Source: Octopus sinensis (Eukaryota). Taken from it: a stretch of 64,000 nt of DNA. The notes below the pieces were generated by a model. It saw only the letters and a list, made by a program, of their open reading frames with translations, searched no databases and was not told the DNA's origin. The stretch's first letter is position 1, and the number at the start of each line of letters is the position of its first letter. Shown in pieces: positions 1 to 11,904 of this stretch. The stretch is from contig NC_043007.1 in the NCBI RefSeq assembly GCF_006345805.1, positions 25,792,001-25,856,000 of the forward strand. The letters are read 5' to 3'. Position numbers and translations under genes: made by a program.

Positions 1-145
1 GGCAGTGTTGTATTAGTAACACTTGTTTACAACTATCAAGTGATGTTAACACAAAGAGACACCAACTTACATATACACACATGCACACACACACATATGT
101 GCGTTTATATATATATATATATATGTGTGTGTGTTTATTTTCTTT

Positions 146-542
146 ATTCTTTTATTCTTTTACTTGTTTCAGTCATTTGACTGTGGCCATGCTGGAGCAC
201 CGCCTTTAATCGAGCAAATCGACCCCAGGACTTATTCTTTGTAAGCCCAGTACTTATTCTATCGGTCTCTTTTGCCGAACCGCTAAGTGACGGGGACGTA
301 AACACACCAGCATCGGTTGTCAAGCAATGCTAGGGGGACAAACACAGACAAACAAACACATACACACCCACATATATATATATATATATACATATATACG
401 ACAGGCTTCTTTCAGTTTCCGTCTACCAAATCCACTCACAAGGCATTGGTCGGCCCGGGGCTATAGCAGAAGACACTTGCCCAAGATGCCACGCAGTGGG
501 ACTGAACCCGGAACCATGTGGTTGGTTAGCAAGCTACTTACC
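146..542 (-). mobile_element. tRNA-headed SINE, family A (CORE-like block, internal TA/TG microsatellite, 3' CAGTCA/TGACTG hairpin and TAAAAGAG-type tail)
   Basis: Minus strand in full copies reads GGCGCAGGAGTGGCTGTGTGG (A box)...GGTTCAGTCCC (B box), then CTTGGGCAAGTG (recalls the MIR/CORE block). There are more than 15 full or partial copies in the window; partials lie at about 14285-14450, 21385-21605, 33688-33860, 36998-37092, 48172-48435, 54935-55170 and 61308-61423. The 5' end of this copy is missing. Confidence 0.9.
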
Positions 543-705
543 AACTGTCCGATGAACGGGAACGTGAAACTCCGAGTAACAGGTTTTGTTGAATTTCTGC
601 TGCTTTTAAATAAAGCATATTACTCTACCTCTGGTATTTGAGTACTCTTTTTTTCCACTTTGTTTCACATTTATGTGTTTACTCCGGTATATATAGACAG
701 ATATA
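543..705 (+). mobile_element. Penelope-like terminal fragment (family HH1) with hammerhead motif
   Basis: Near-identical copy at 51015-51175. Hammerhead core at 545-582, AATAAA downstream, ends in (TA)n. Confidence 0.7.
545..582 (+). ncRNA. Type I hammerhead ribozyme motif (minimal, PLE-like, CCGAUGA core variant)
   Basis: CTGT-CCGATGA-ACG ggaa CGT-GAAAC-TCCGA-GTA-ACAG. Stem I CTGT/ACAG, stem II ACG/CGT, predicted cleavage after GUA. Confidence 0.65.
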
Positions 706-1253
706 TATATATATATATAGATAGATAGATAGATAGATAGATAGACAGACAGACAATATAAACAATATCTACTATAAACAATATCTACTGCAACACACGA
801 TTTCACATCAGGAACCTTGCAACGCAAACTGATAGACATATTATATAAATATAGCAAAACAGGAAATTGGAAATTTTTTGGTATTATTTATTCCTCGTGA
901 ATAAATAATACCCAAAAAAAAACCAATTAGTTGGAGCTGTGTGTCCGATGTCTATGTGAAATACATGAACAGAAAAAAATGAAACTTGAATAAACCCACA
1001 TAAAAGAAAATATAAAGAATGGTGACTGTAAAATTTTGCCAGTTGTCGAGTCTGACATAACTAATGACTGGTGACACTTTGAAGACACTGTCAACCTTTT
1101 TGATTATCAAAATAAACGGTGATACTCTACATAAATGTATTGAGTGATTCTCCGGTTAAAATTTGAGTGTGTTGGCAAGTGTCTTCTTCTATAGTCATGT
1201 GCTGAGCAAAGCCTTGAGTAGATTTGGTTGTAGGAAACTGAAAGAATCCCATT

Positions 1254-1254
<1 letters not shown>

Positions 1255-1286
<32 letters not shown>

Positions 1287-1535
1287 GTTTAACATCCGCT
1301 TTCAATGCTAGCATGGGTTGGACGATTTGACTGAGGTCTGGCGAACCAGATGGCTGCACCAGACTCCATGCTGATCTGGCAGAGTTTCTACAGCTGGATG
1401 CCCTTCCTAATGCTAACCACTCCGTGAGTGTAGTGGGTGCTTTTATGTGCCACCAGTATGAGGGCCAGTCAGGCGGTACTGGCAATGGCCACACTCAAAT
1501 GGTGCTTTTTATGTGCCACCTGCACAAGAGCCAGT
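1255..1535 (-). mobile_element. Family B retroposon 3' end with (GAT)n tail
   Basis: Shared block GGTTGGCGTTAGGAAGGGCATCCAGCTGTAGAAAC...CCATGCTAGCATGGAAAGCGGACGTTAAAC(GAT)n. Other copies at about 2870-3045, 12255-12615, 12970-13260, 19290-19510, 25110-25400, 40100-40530 and 63630-63790. Confidence 0.85.
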
Positions 1536-1749
1536 CCATATACAAAATTATCCAAAATTAGGCTACATATGATTCATAGCTAGCAGAACCTCAGAAACAG
1601 TAAGTGCCCAAACGAGGAGCAATCTGATAACTACTCATCAGGCCAAAGACATCTTAATCAAATTCTAAATTGATACCACTCCTACATAATCGTTGTCTTT
1701 GACTCTGTTTAAATGTATTTACAGGGTGCCACAATATATTTACTTGGCT

Positions 1750-2230
1750 AACCGGCTTCCATGCCAGTGGCACATAAAAGGCACCATTCGAGTGTGATCG
1801 TTACCAGCGTCACCTTACTGGCACTTGTGCCCATGCTAGTAGGGTGCCTAGAGCACCATCCGAGCATGATCATTGCCAGAGCAGCTAACTGACTTCTGTG
1901 CCGGCGGCACACAAAAGGCACCATTCGAGCGTGATCGTTACCAGTGTCACCTTACTGGCACCTGTGCCGGTGGCATGTGTAAAAAGATTCGAGTGAGGTC
2001 GTTGCCAGTACCGCCTGACTGGCCCCCATGCTGGTGGCACGTAAAAAGCACCCACTACACTCTCGGAGTGGTTGGCGTTAGGAAGGGCATCCAGCTGTAG
2101 AAACTCTACCAGATTAAGATTGGAGCATGGTGCAGCCATCTGGTTTGCCAGCCCTCAGTCAAAATTGTTCAACCCACACTAGCATGGAAAGCGGACGTTA
2201 AACAATGATGATGACGATGATGATGATGAT
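1750..2230 (+). mobile_element. Family B retroposon with modular upstream array
   Basis: Repeated GTGGCACRTAAAARGCACC modules followed by the family B 3' block and (GAT)n. Confidence 0.85.
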
Positions 2231-3070
2231 GATTTATTCTACAGTAGACCGGGTAAATGACCTCAGCCTAAATTCATCAAGACATTCCCCTAACCAGCTT
2301 CAATAATACCAAACATTTTCCCCCCTACTCATCCCCCTGTTCTCTTCTTTTTTGTATTCTTATTCTTTTCCTTAACAAGTTTAGACATTTACCCACTCCC
2401 ATATATCGCTCCTTCACAAATATTCTTCCCCTTTTTTCTCTAACCCTGTGCTTTCCATGCATTTTTGATTAAATTTCCAGTGAGTTAACATGGGATCCCT
2501 TGTCAACAATGTAAATATCATTTGATTAAGATATCTTTGGCCTGACGAATAGCTAGCGGATTACCCATCATTTGGGTAATTACTACTTCCAAGGTTCCAC
2601 AAACTATGAAATATATGCAGCCTGGATTTTACCTGCTTTGTTCCCTAATTTTGGATTTTTATCCGCACACACAACCCCAGTTGCTAATCATAAGCTATAA
2701 AATATCTTTTTTCTGCTTATTGAACTTCGATATGGGAAAAATTTACAATCTTCTTCATTAATAAACCACTATTGTTCCTGAAAGTTTTTTTATACTTTCT
2801 ACAGACTGCTCGAAGCTTACAAATTTCCTACTCCTTCATCTTTGGATCTTACCTTTATACATAACATACATACTTACACCCACTACACTCACGGAGTGGT
2901 TGGCGTTAGGAAGGGCATCCAGCCGTAGAAACACTGCTAGATTTGACTGGGCCTGATGAAGCCTTCTGGCTTCACAGACCCCAGTAGAACCGTCCAACCC
3001 ATGCTAGCATGGAAAACGGACGCTAAACGACGATGATGATGATGATATATATTTATACACACACACATAT

Positions 3071-3269
3071 TTCTCTTTTCTCTTTTACTTGTTTCAGTCA
3101 TTTGACTGTGGCCATGCTGGAGCACTGCCTTTAGTTGAGCAAATCGATCCCAGGACTTATTCTTTGTAAGCCTAGTACTTATTCTATTGGTCTCTTTTGC
3201 TGAACCGCTAAGTTACGGGGACGTAAACACACCAGCATCGGTTGTCAAGCAATGTTGTGGGGACAAACA

Positions 3270-3312
<43 letters not shown>

Positions 3313-3492
3313 ACACAAGCACACACATATATACATACATATATACGATGGGCTTCTTTCAGTTTCCATCTAGGAAATCCACTCAGAAGGCTATAGTAGA
3401 AGACACTTGCCCAAGGTTCCACGCAATGGGACTGAACCCGAAACCATGTGGTTGGTAAGCAAACTACTTACCACACAGCCACTCCTACGCCT
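3071..3492 (-). mobile_element. SINE family A, full length
   Basis: Same head, body and tail as other family A copies, with an internal (CA)n expansion. Confidence 0.9.
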
Positions 3493-3626
3493 GTAGATAA
3501 TTATGGTAAATCTTAGCTGTTTCTTCTTGGAGTACATCTGTTTATTCCATTATTACAATCCAATATGTAGTCTCAGTTGATAGAAATTTCCTGTTTTGTT
3601 ATTCAGTAACTCTACAATTCCTAATA

Positions 3627-4025
3627 TCTTTATATATAAAAGCAAGGTTGTGTGTCTGTCTCCTACGATTTAGATTCCTAACTACTCCCACATTTTGCAG
3701 TGCAGTGTAACCAAAACCAGGTATCTTATACTCGTGATTCATATCGAGCCCTTCTGGGTATTAGCGCACGTCTACAATGAGTCTACGTTTTAAAAAAAAA
3801 TTTACCATCATTTTTTTTCCATTTTAATGCATTTTTTGGCTATTATATAAGGGAAGTAACTCTCTAAAAATGTCTACGATGAGTCAATGATTTTTAAAAA
3901 AATTTACCATAATTTTTTTCCCATTTTTAGTGCATTTTTTTGTTATTTTTTGGCTATAACTCTCTAAAAATGCTTATATAGTTATTTCCCTTACAAACCC
4001 GAGCAACGCCGGGCGATACTGCTAG
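3627..4025 (+). mobile_element. Non-autonomous Helitron-like element
   Basis: Starts A|TC(TTTATATATAAAAG), has a subterminal hairpin CCCG-AGCAACGC-CGGG, ends CTAG|T, no TSD. These are the Helitron end signatures. Confidence 0.85.
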
Positions 4026-4074
4026 TTCAGTTATAAAAATATAAAAGGATTTTATTTAAACATCGAATGGCCAT

Positions 4075-4140
4075 GGGGGTCCAGTAGGGTAGAACAGGAA
4101 TTAAAGTGGTCCACAGGTGAAAAATGGTTGAGAACCACTA
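4075..4140. mobile_element. hAT/Charlie-like MITE end fragment
   Basis: GGTTGAGAACCACT resembles the reverse complement of a CAGTGGTTCTCAACC-type TIR. Only one end is seen. Confidence 0.4.
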
Positions 4141-4149
4141 CTATAGGCA

Positions 4150-4331
4150 GAGGAACAGACAGACATACAGACAGAGAAGCAAGCAGACAGGCAAGCAAGC
4201 AAGGAGCCAGCCTGACAGACAGACAGACATGTTCTCAGACAGACAGATATATAGATAAATGGATAAACATATAGACAGACAGGCAGGCAGGTAGGTAAAC
4301 AGACAGACAGGTAGGTAGATAGGTAGATAGG

Positions 4332-4382
<51 letters not shown>

Positions 4383-4454
4383 GCAGGAAGGCAAGCAGGC
4401 AGATAGATTGATAGATTGATAGATAGATAGAAAGATAGATAGATAGATAAATAG

Positions 4455-4493
<39 letters not shown>

Positions 4494-4760
4494 CGGACAG
4501 ACAGACAGACAGACACACAGACAGACAGACAGACAAACAAGCACAGACACAGACAGACAGACAGATATATAGATAGATAGATAGAGATAGATAGATAGAT
4601 AGATAGACAAACAGACAGACAGACAGGTAGGTAGGTAGGTAGGTAGGTAGGTAGTCAGGTAGGTAAGTAGGTAGGCAGACAGACAGACAGACAGATAGAT
4701 AGACAGACAGAGAGACAGACAGACAGACAGACAAACAGGCAGACAGATAGATAGATAGAT
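4150..4760. repeat. Compound tetranucleotide microsatellite (GACA/GATA/GGTA)
   Basis: Directly visible. Confidence 0.95.
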
Positions 4761-4999
4761 GATTCTGTGTTAAGAGTGTCCCTGTTTTCTTGTGCATATT
4801 AATTGATAAAAAAAACCAAAATGGGGGCAAGTCATAGTACAGCAAATTGAATAAGCAAGTGATGAACAGCGAATATGTATTTTCTTGCAAACTCCTCTAC
4901 TTCATCGGGAGATGAACCATAAATAATTGCAACGGTTTCAAACTGTTTCTATGCAAGATTTATTATTTGATTAAGCCTTTCAGGGAAAGTAAACAGCTG

Positions 5000-5227
5000 C
5001 CATCAAACTGCACGTGCATACACTTACGTATGCACACATACATATACAGACACACTCACATACGGACCCACTTGCATATATATATACTCTCATATGAATC
5101 CATTTACGCATATGCAGACTCACTGTCACATACGCACCTGCGCATTCCCTTAATCAATCAAACACAGATTCACTTCCACTTATTCACTCGCATGCATGCA
5201 TACACACACATATACATATACACTCCC

Positions 5228-5260
<33 letters not shown>

Positions 5261-5825
5261 CCCACACACACACACACACAGAGGCATAGGCTTAGCTATA
5301 CATGTTTGTAGACATGCACACATACATAAACACATATGTACAAAGACATAGATGCGTTCATACAGATACACACACATACATACACTAGCATGTATATAAA
5401 TGCACACATACAGACTTACATAAACACACATACACACATATACACACACATACATACATTCATATATGTAGGTACATATGTATGTACATATATACATATG
5501 TATATATATATATATATATATATTATATATTTGCATGTATATGTGTGTGCGTGTGTAAACACACACACACATATATAATCATGAAAACAGAAAATATACT
5601 TTCGCACACAATTATATAAACACACACACACACATATTTATATATTATTTAAGTCATCATTTCTTAATGATATCTTAACGAGACACAGAATAACACCAAC
5701 AGGTACATATATTTACATGCACACAACACATTCATACACGCATACACACACTCTTATATATGAGCGCGCGCGCATGTGTGTGTGTGTGTGTGTATGCATG
5801 TGTGTGTATACATATCCATGCACAC
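5000..5825. repeat. Degenerate (CA)/(TA) low-complexity tract
   Basis: Directly visible. Confidence 0.9.
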
Positions 5826-6084
5826 ACATATTCATCTATTTTACATCAGTTTTTTTTTGTTTTTTTTTTCATGCTAGCGTGAGTTAAACAAATACATATT
5901 ATCCTGACAGTATTTTATAACCAGACGCCTTTCCTGTCACTAACCCCTGCCATTTTTCATAGTATTGCATCCGATTGGCTGACAGAGAAGCATTGACAAA
6001 CATCGCTGTCTGCAGCCTAAGCCTCCTTATACAACAATATAGAAGGCAAATATTTCCCCTGCCCCCTCCACAACACACACACAC

Positions 6085-6085
6085 A

Positions 6086-6145
<60 letters not shown>

Positions 6146-6151
6146 ATATAT

Positions 6152-6184
<33 letters not shown>

Positions 6185-6386
6185 ATACTATAACATATAT
6201 ATACATATATATATATATATACTATATATATATATATATATATATACATATTAAATATATATATATATATATATACACTATAATATATATATATACATAC
6301 ATATATATAATATATATATATATACATATATAAAATTAATATATAATATATATATTATATATATAGAAATATATATATATATATAT

Positions 6387-6450
<64 letters not shown>

Positions 6451-6495
6451 CATATATATATATATATGTACATATATGTGTATATATATATATGA
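6085..6495. repeat. Long (TA)n microsatellite
   Basis: Directly visible. Confidence 0.95.
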
Positions 6496-6882
6496 GAAAA
6501 TGAAGAAAATGAGAAATGGAGAAATTGACGTATAGACATCAGTTTATTCAAAAGATATTCCAATTAAATAAAACGATAAAAATTTCATTTTATATTAATT
6601 GGAATATCTTTGAATAAACTGAAGTTTATTCGCGATTTTTTTCTTTTTTCTCATTCATAAATATTTAAACACCTATATACATCAATGCAAAACTAACGTA
6701 TTTAGTTTTCACTGAAAACTGGTATAAACCGGAGGATTATGATGCAAACATCCCTTAAAGGATTATGTTGTTTCTCTTGTTTTCCGTTTGTGTCTTTTGT
6801 TGTTCAAAAAAAAATAGTTCATATTCCATGTACTTGTACTTCATATTTTTTTCATGATGTCCTGTGCCCACATATATATATA

Positions 6883-6913
<31 letters not shown>

Positions 6914-7270
6914 CAAAAAGCAAAAAGCAATAAAGATTCAAGTTAATTTAAATGAATTTACTTGATATGGTACCTAACTTAGATTGCACCAAAAAAAAAC
7001 TATACTGTTTAACAATACAGTAATGTGGGGTGGTGATAAATAAGCGAGAAAGAAGCAACAAGAATGGATAGGTTTTAGTACAATCGTTTCATACAAGGAC
7101 AGGCTTATTAAAAGTTGCAAAAATTACAGCATATAAACGTGTCCCGTACTCATCAGCTAAAATACATGTGCGTTCTCTAGACATCCTAGTGGTTGAGGCT
7201 ATACTCATGAAGTAATGAAGATAATTAAGTAACATAAACATAAACAGATATCCAAAGTTCATTAAAGTTC

Positions 7271-7307
<37 letters not shown>

Positions 7308-7441
7308 GAATGGAGCTGAACGACGAATTAACAAAATTCCTTTATTTTCGACATATGTTTCGAAGGCTGCATATTCCTAATTTGCTACCCAGGTATCGGT
7401 TAATTCGAATTACCCTTAATAAGATAATTCATTCAACTACT

Positions 7442-7483
<42 letters not shown>

Positions 7484-7517
7484 TAGATGTAAGTATGTAC
7501 ATATACGTATGTATATA

Positions 7518-7560
<43 letters not shown>

Positions 7561-7619
7561 TCACATAGATGTAAGTATGTACATATACGTATGTATATAT
7601 TTCCTTCTGGTCTTTCAAA

Positions 7620-7825
7620 ATGTGACCTCGTGTGGACCGTTGGCGATTTTTTTTCCTCTGTCTTCCCTTCTCTAGATCTTTCCTTCTCCTATGTTTCCGA
7701 CGAAGAGCTCCGCTCAAAACGTTAAACCCTCCTTCTTTCCTGAGCGTCCAATAATACTATATTTGTTCCACGTCCTCGCGTTGTTGTGTTTTTTTGTGCT
7801 TTCTTGTTTGGATTAACTTTATATC
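7620..7825 (+). mobile_element. Penelope-like terminal fragment (family G) with decayed hammerhead motif
   Basis: Homologous to 23470-23670 (-) and 56280-56470 (+). Motif at 7693-7727 has GAAA changed to AAAA. Confidence 0.7.
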
Positions 7826-8244
7826 TCTTACTCTTTTACTCTTTTACTTGTTTCAGTCATTTGACTGCAGCCATGCTGGAGCACCGCCTTTAGTCGAGCA
7901 AATCGACGCCGGGACTTATTCTTTGTAAGCCCAGTACTTATTTTATCGGTCTCTTTTTTGCCGAACCGCTAAGTGACGGGAACGTAAACACGCCAGCATC
8001 GGTTGCCAAGCAATGCTAGGGGGACAATCACAGACACACAAACACCACACACATATATTATATATATAATACATATATACGACAGGCTCTTTCTTCAGTT
8101 TCCGTCTACCAAATCCACTCACAAGGCATTGGTCGGCCCGGGGCTATAGCAGGAGACACCTGCCCAAGATGCCACACAGTGGGACTGAACCCGGACCATG
8201 TGGTTGGTTAGTAATCTACTTACCACACAGCCACTCCTGCCGCC
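7826..8244 (-). mobile_element. SINE family A, full length
   Basis: Matches the family consensus seen in other copies. Confidence 0.9.
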
Positions 8245-8339
8245 TTAAATATATATATATTATTTATATCATTATATGATTGAACGCCATGCATCATCTT
8301 CCAAGTAAGTTTTATCTTAATAATTCTGATGCTCACTCT

Positions 8340-8420
8340 ATACGATGCTGTAAGTCCATGGTGACCCTGGCCATGTGGGAGGGAGCATTGTCCCGGTGGG
8401 ACACATGGCTATGGTGATGT
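8340..8420 (-). pseudogene. Small mariner transposase remnant
   Basis: Translates HRDNAPSHMARVT, matching the mariner HQDNAPxH motif. Confidence 0.5.
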
Positions 8421-8604
8421 ACAAAGAAAGGCATGATGTGAGGTCTTAGGTTGTTTTTATTTTTGTTGAAAGTGTCAAAGCAAACAGTGCAATAAAAAGG
8501 TAATGAACAATAATACATATGTGCACACATGAAGCAACACCCCTCTCCGACACACACAAATAGACACACTCACAACACACACACACATACATACACACAC
8601 ATAT

Positions 8605-8990
8605 ATGCAGATGGAAGCACTCCGTCGGTTACGACGACGAGGGTTCCGGTTGATCCGAATCAACAGAACAGCCTGCTCGTGAAATTAACATGCAAGTGGC
8701 TGAGCACTCCACAGACACGTGCACCCTTAACGTAGTTCTCGGGGATATTCAGCGTGACACAGAGAGTGACACGGCCGGCCCCTTGAAATACAGGTACAAC
8801 AGAAACAGGAAGTAAGAGTGAGAGAAAGTTGTGGTGAAAGAGTACAGCAGGGATCACCACCATCCCCTGCCAGAGCCTCGTGGAGCTTTTTAGGTGTTTT
8901 CACTCAATAAACACTCACAACGCCTGGTCTGGGAATCGAAACCGCGATCCTATGACCGTGAGTCCGCTGCCCTAACCACTGGGCCATTGC
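8605..8990 (-). mobile_element. tRNA-headed SINE family C (head C + tail C)
   Basis: Minus strand gives A box TGGCCCAGTGG, B box GTTTCGATTCC, and tail ending CGTCG-TAAC-CGACG GAGTGCT. Confidence 0.9.
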
Positions 8991-9468
8991 AGATACACAT
9001 ACTCACATATACAGTAATATACGTTTTCACTGCAGTTAAAAATTAATCAAAGAATTTAGTGAAGTAAAGAAGCAAAAAAAAAAAAACGTGAGAAAAATTA
9101 TTAAAAAAAATTAGTGATGTATAAAAAGCAATTCCAATTAATAATATTACACTAATTGGGTTTATTTTTAATTGTTTATTTTTCATATATATTTGATGTT
9201 ATTATTTCAGGTCGTTGAACAGATATATTGATTGGTTTTGTATCACTGGCAGATTCTCATTAGGGTAGCAATAGGACACATAGACCCAATGTGTGTAAGT
9301 GCATGTGTGTGAATGTGTGTGTGTGTGTGTGTGCTGACACATGTGTGCATGTAAGAGAGAGATAGAGCGTGTATATATATACATATTGCGTGTGTTTTGT
9401 GGCATATGTGTGTGCATGTGTGTGTATATATATATATACAATATATATAATATATATATAATATTATA

Positions 9469-9509
<41 letters not shown>

Positions 9510-10205
9510 GTATATATATGTATATGTATGTATATTATATATAGATATATATATATATACATATATAGATATACGTATATATATATATTATATAATAATA
9601 TATATAGATATATATACATGACGTTAAACGAGATGTGATGATGATGAAATATATATATATATATATAATATATTAGGGTGTTTGGAAAAAAATTGTGTTT
9701 TTTCACCACTAGGAAATATGAATCAACCATCACATCAGAGCATGGGAGATGTCTGGAAATAGTATGTCATCCATTCAATCCAGCAGTGTGTCGTTTATGG
9801 TTATTTTGATAATTAACCCCATAAACTTTATAAGAACTTTATGAAACAACATACTTACTATTGCCTACTGGATGAGTTTTGAAAGAAAAGTACCAATACA
9901 GAAACAATGAAAAAATATTTGTAAAGTGTATTCAGATGCAATGAAAGTTCGTACATGTCAGCTGTGGTTGTTTGAAAAGGTTTAAATTTTGGCAACTGTG
10001 ACATCTCTAACAAGCCTTGCCCTGAAGACAACACACTAAGGCGACCTTTCGAATGAGACTATTGTGTCGGATCCACGTTAAAGCACCAGAGATTTGGCAC
10101 AAAAATTTAAGGTGCAATGTTCAACTATCCATGAACATTTCAAGCAAATTGGAAAAACATGCAAAGAGGGAATTATTATTTTATATTTTTATATTTTATA
10201 TTTAT

Positions 10206-10371
10206 AGGCGCAGGAGTGGCTGTGTGGTAAGTAGCTTGCTAACCATCCACATGGTTGCGGGTTCAGTCCTACTGCATGGCATCTTGGGCAAGTGTCTTCT
10301 GCTATAGCCCCGGGCCGACCAATGCCTTGTGAGTGGATTTGGTAGACGGAAACTGAAAAGAGCCTGTCATA

Positions 10372-10426
<55 letters not shown>

Positions 10427-10662
10427 ATGTGTGTTTTTGTGTGTCTGTGTTTGCCCCCCTAGCATTGCTTGACAACCGATGCTGGTGTGTTTACGTCCCC
10501 GTCACTTAGCGGTTCGGCAAAAGAGACCGATAGAATAAGTACTGGGCTTACAAAGAATAAGTCCCGACTAATAAGTCCCGGGGTCGATTTGCTCGACTAA
10601 AGGCAGTGCTCCAGCATGGCCGCAGTCAAATGACTGAAACAAGTAAAAGAGAGTAAAAGAGA
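10206..10662 (+). mobile_element. SINE family A, full length
   Basis: GGCGCAGGAGTGG head through the GTAAAAGAG tail. Confidence 0.9.
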
Positions 10663-10923
10663 ATAATTTTATGTGTTTTTCTGCTTCCATTTTTCCTGCT
10701 CTTTTTCTTCTTCTTTTCTCTTTCTCAATACCCTATGATATTGTATTAATCCCTTTTTCTCTTTCTTTAAAACATATAATAATATATACTGCCTTCTCCC
10801 CCTATATTAGATTGGTTCCTTCTGTAATTGGCTCCTTTTGTATATTTTCTGTCAGTTGACGGTTTCATAGCCGTTATCTCAACATGCATTTCTAATCAGT
10901 ACATCCTTACTACCTCCAAAAAG

Positions 10924-11310
10924 TGGAGGCGCAATGGCCTAGTGGTTAGGGCAGCGGACTCGCGGTCATAGGATCGCAGTTTCGATTCCCAGACCGGGCG
11001 TTGTGAGTGTTTATTGAGCGAAAACACCTAAAAGCTCCACGAGGCTCCGGCAGGGATGGTGGTGATCCCTGCTGTACTCTTTCACCACAACTTTCTCTCA
11101 CTCTTACTTCCTGTTTCTGTTGGTACCTGTATTTCAGGGGCCGGCCTTGTCACTCTCTGTGTCACGCTGAATATCCCCGAGAACTACGTTAAGGGTGCAC
11201 GTGTCTGTGGAGTGCTCAGCCACTTACACGTTAATTTCACGAGCAGGCTGTTCCGTTGATTCGGATCAACCGGAACCCTCATCGTCGTAACCGACAGAGT
11301 GCTTCCCCAC
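10924..11310 (+). mobile_element. SINE family C, full length
   Basis: GTGGAGGCGCAATGGCCTAGTGGTTAGGGCAGCGGACTCGCGGTC head plus tail C. Confidence 0.9.
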
Positions 11311-11358
11311 TAACTCCTAAGAGATTCATCTTATAATGATTTTGATTTTATAAATTAA

Positions 11359-11598
11359 CTAACATTATAACCCAATTTCATTCGGGTCTACCCGGGCCAC
11401 ATTTTTAAAATGAGGAATTTTGCCCTAGAGGCCACACCTTTCAAGCAAGCAAACTCAAAGTTGCCATGCAAACTCCCCAGCACTTTTAACATAGGTGTGC
11501 AAATTTTCAGGCCTATCCAACCACATTTACTAACACTTTTGCCTGCACAACTGCTTATGAGACAACGTCTACCCTTTTCACAAATATATAGTAGAAGA
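11359..11598 (-). mobile_element. Second non-autonomous Helitron-like family
   Basis: Minus strand starts A|TCTTCTACTATATA, has a hairpin ACCC...GGGT near the end, and a degenerate TTAG|T terminus. Confidence 0.5.
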
Positions 11599-11843
11599 TT
11601 ATCTAAAGATTTCTGAATCAAAACAGCTGTCAGAGATGATATATTTTATAATTAATAAATAATTTTATCAATTACCTCTCCATTTTCTCCTTATTCTTTA
11701 AATATATATATGAACTACAGTTTATATGGTTACCTTATAGCTGTTCTTTCTATAGATTGGTAACTAACCAATATTTTCATTAGATTTATGATCCCTTAAT
11801 GAGGTCTATTACCTTCACTTGATACTATATACATACATTATAT

Positions 11844-11904
<61 letters not shown>

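Noticed and set aside
1750-2060. CRISPR-like repeat/spacer pattern (GTGGCACGTAAAAAGCACC)
   Set aside because: Spacers are homologous to each other, the array is part of a dispersed eukaryotic retroposon, and there are no cas genes.
4101-6563. Many ORFs of 60-250 aa ([12 protein letters not shown] types), here and across the window
   Set aside because: They are translations of microsatellites.
8337-8408. 72-nt minus-strand exon
   Set aside because: Better explained as a mariner DNAPSH-motif remnant.
10019-10075. Additional hammerhead (CTGAAGA...GAGAC...GTC)
   Set aside because: GAAA is broken and I found no convincing stems I or II.
10924-11000. tRNA gene
   Set aside because: The tRNA-like head lacks a proper acceptor stem and runs into a SINE body. 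The same applies to all A, C, D, K and I heads.
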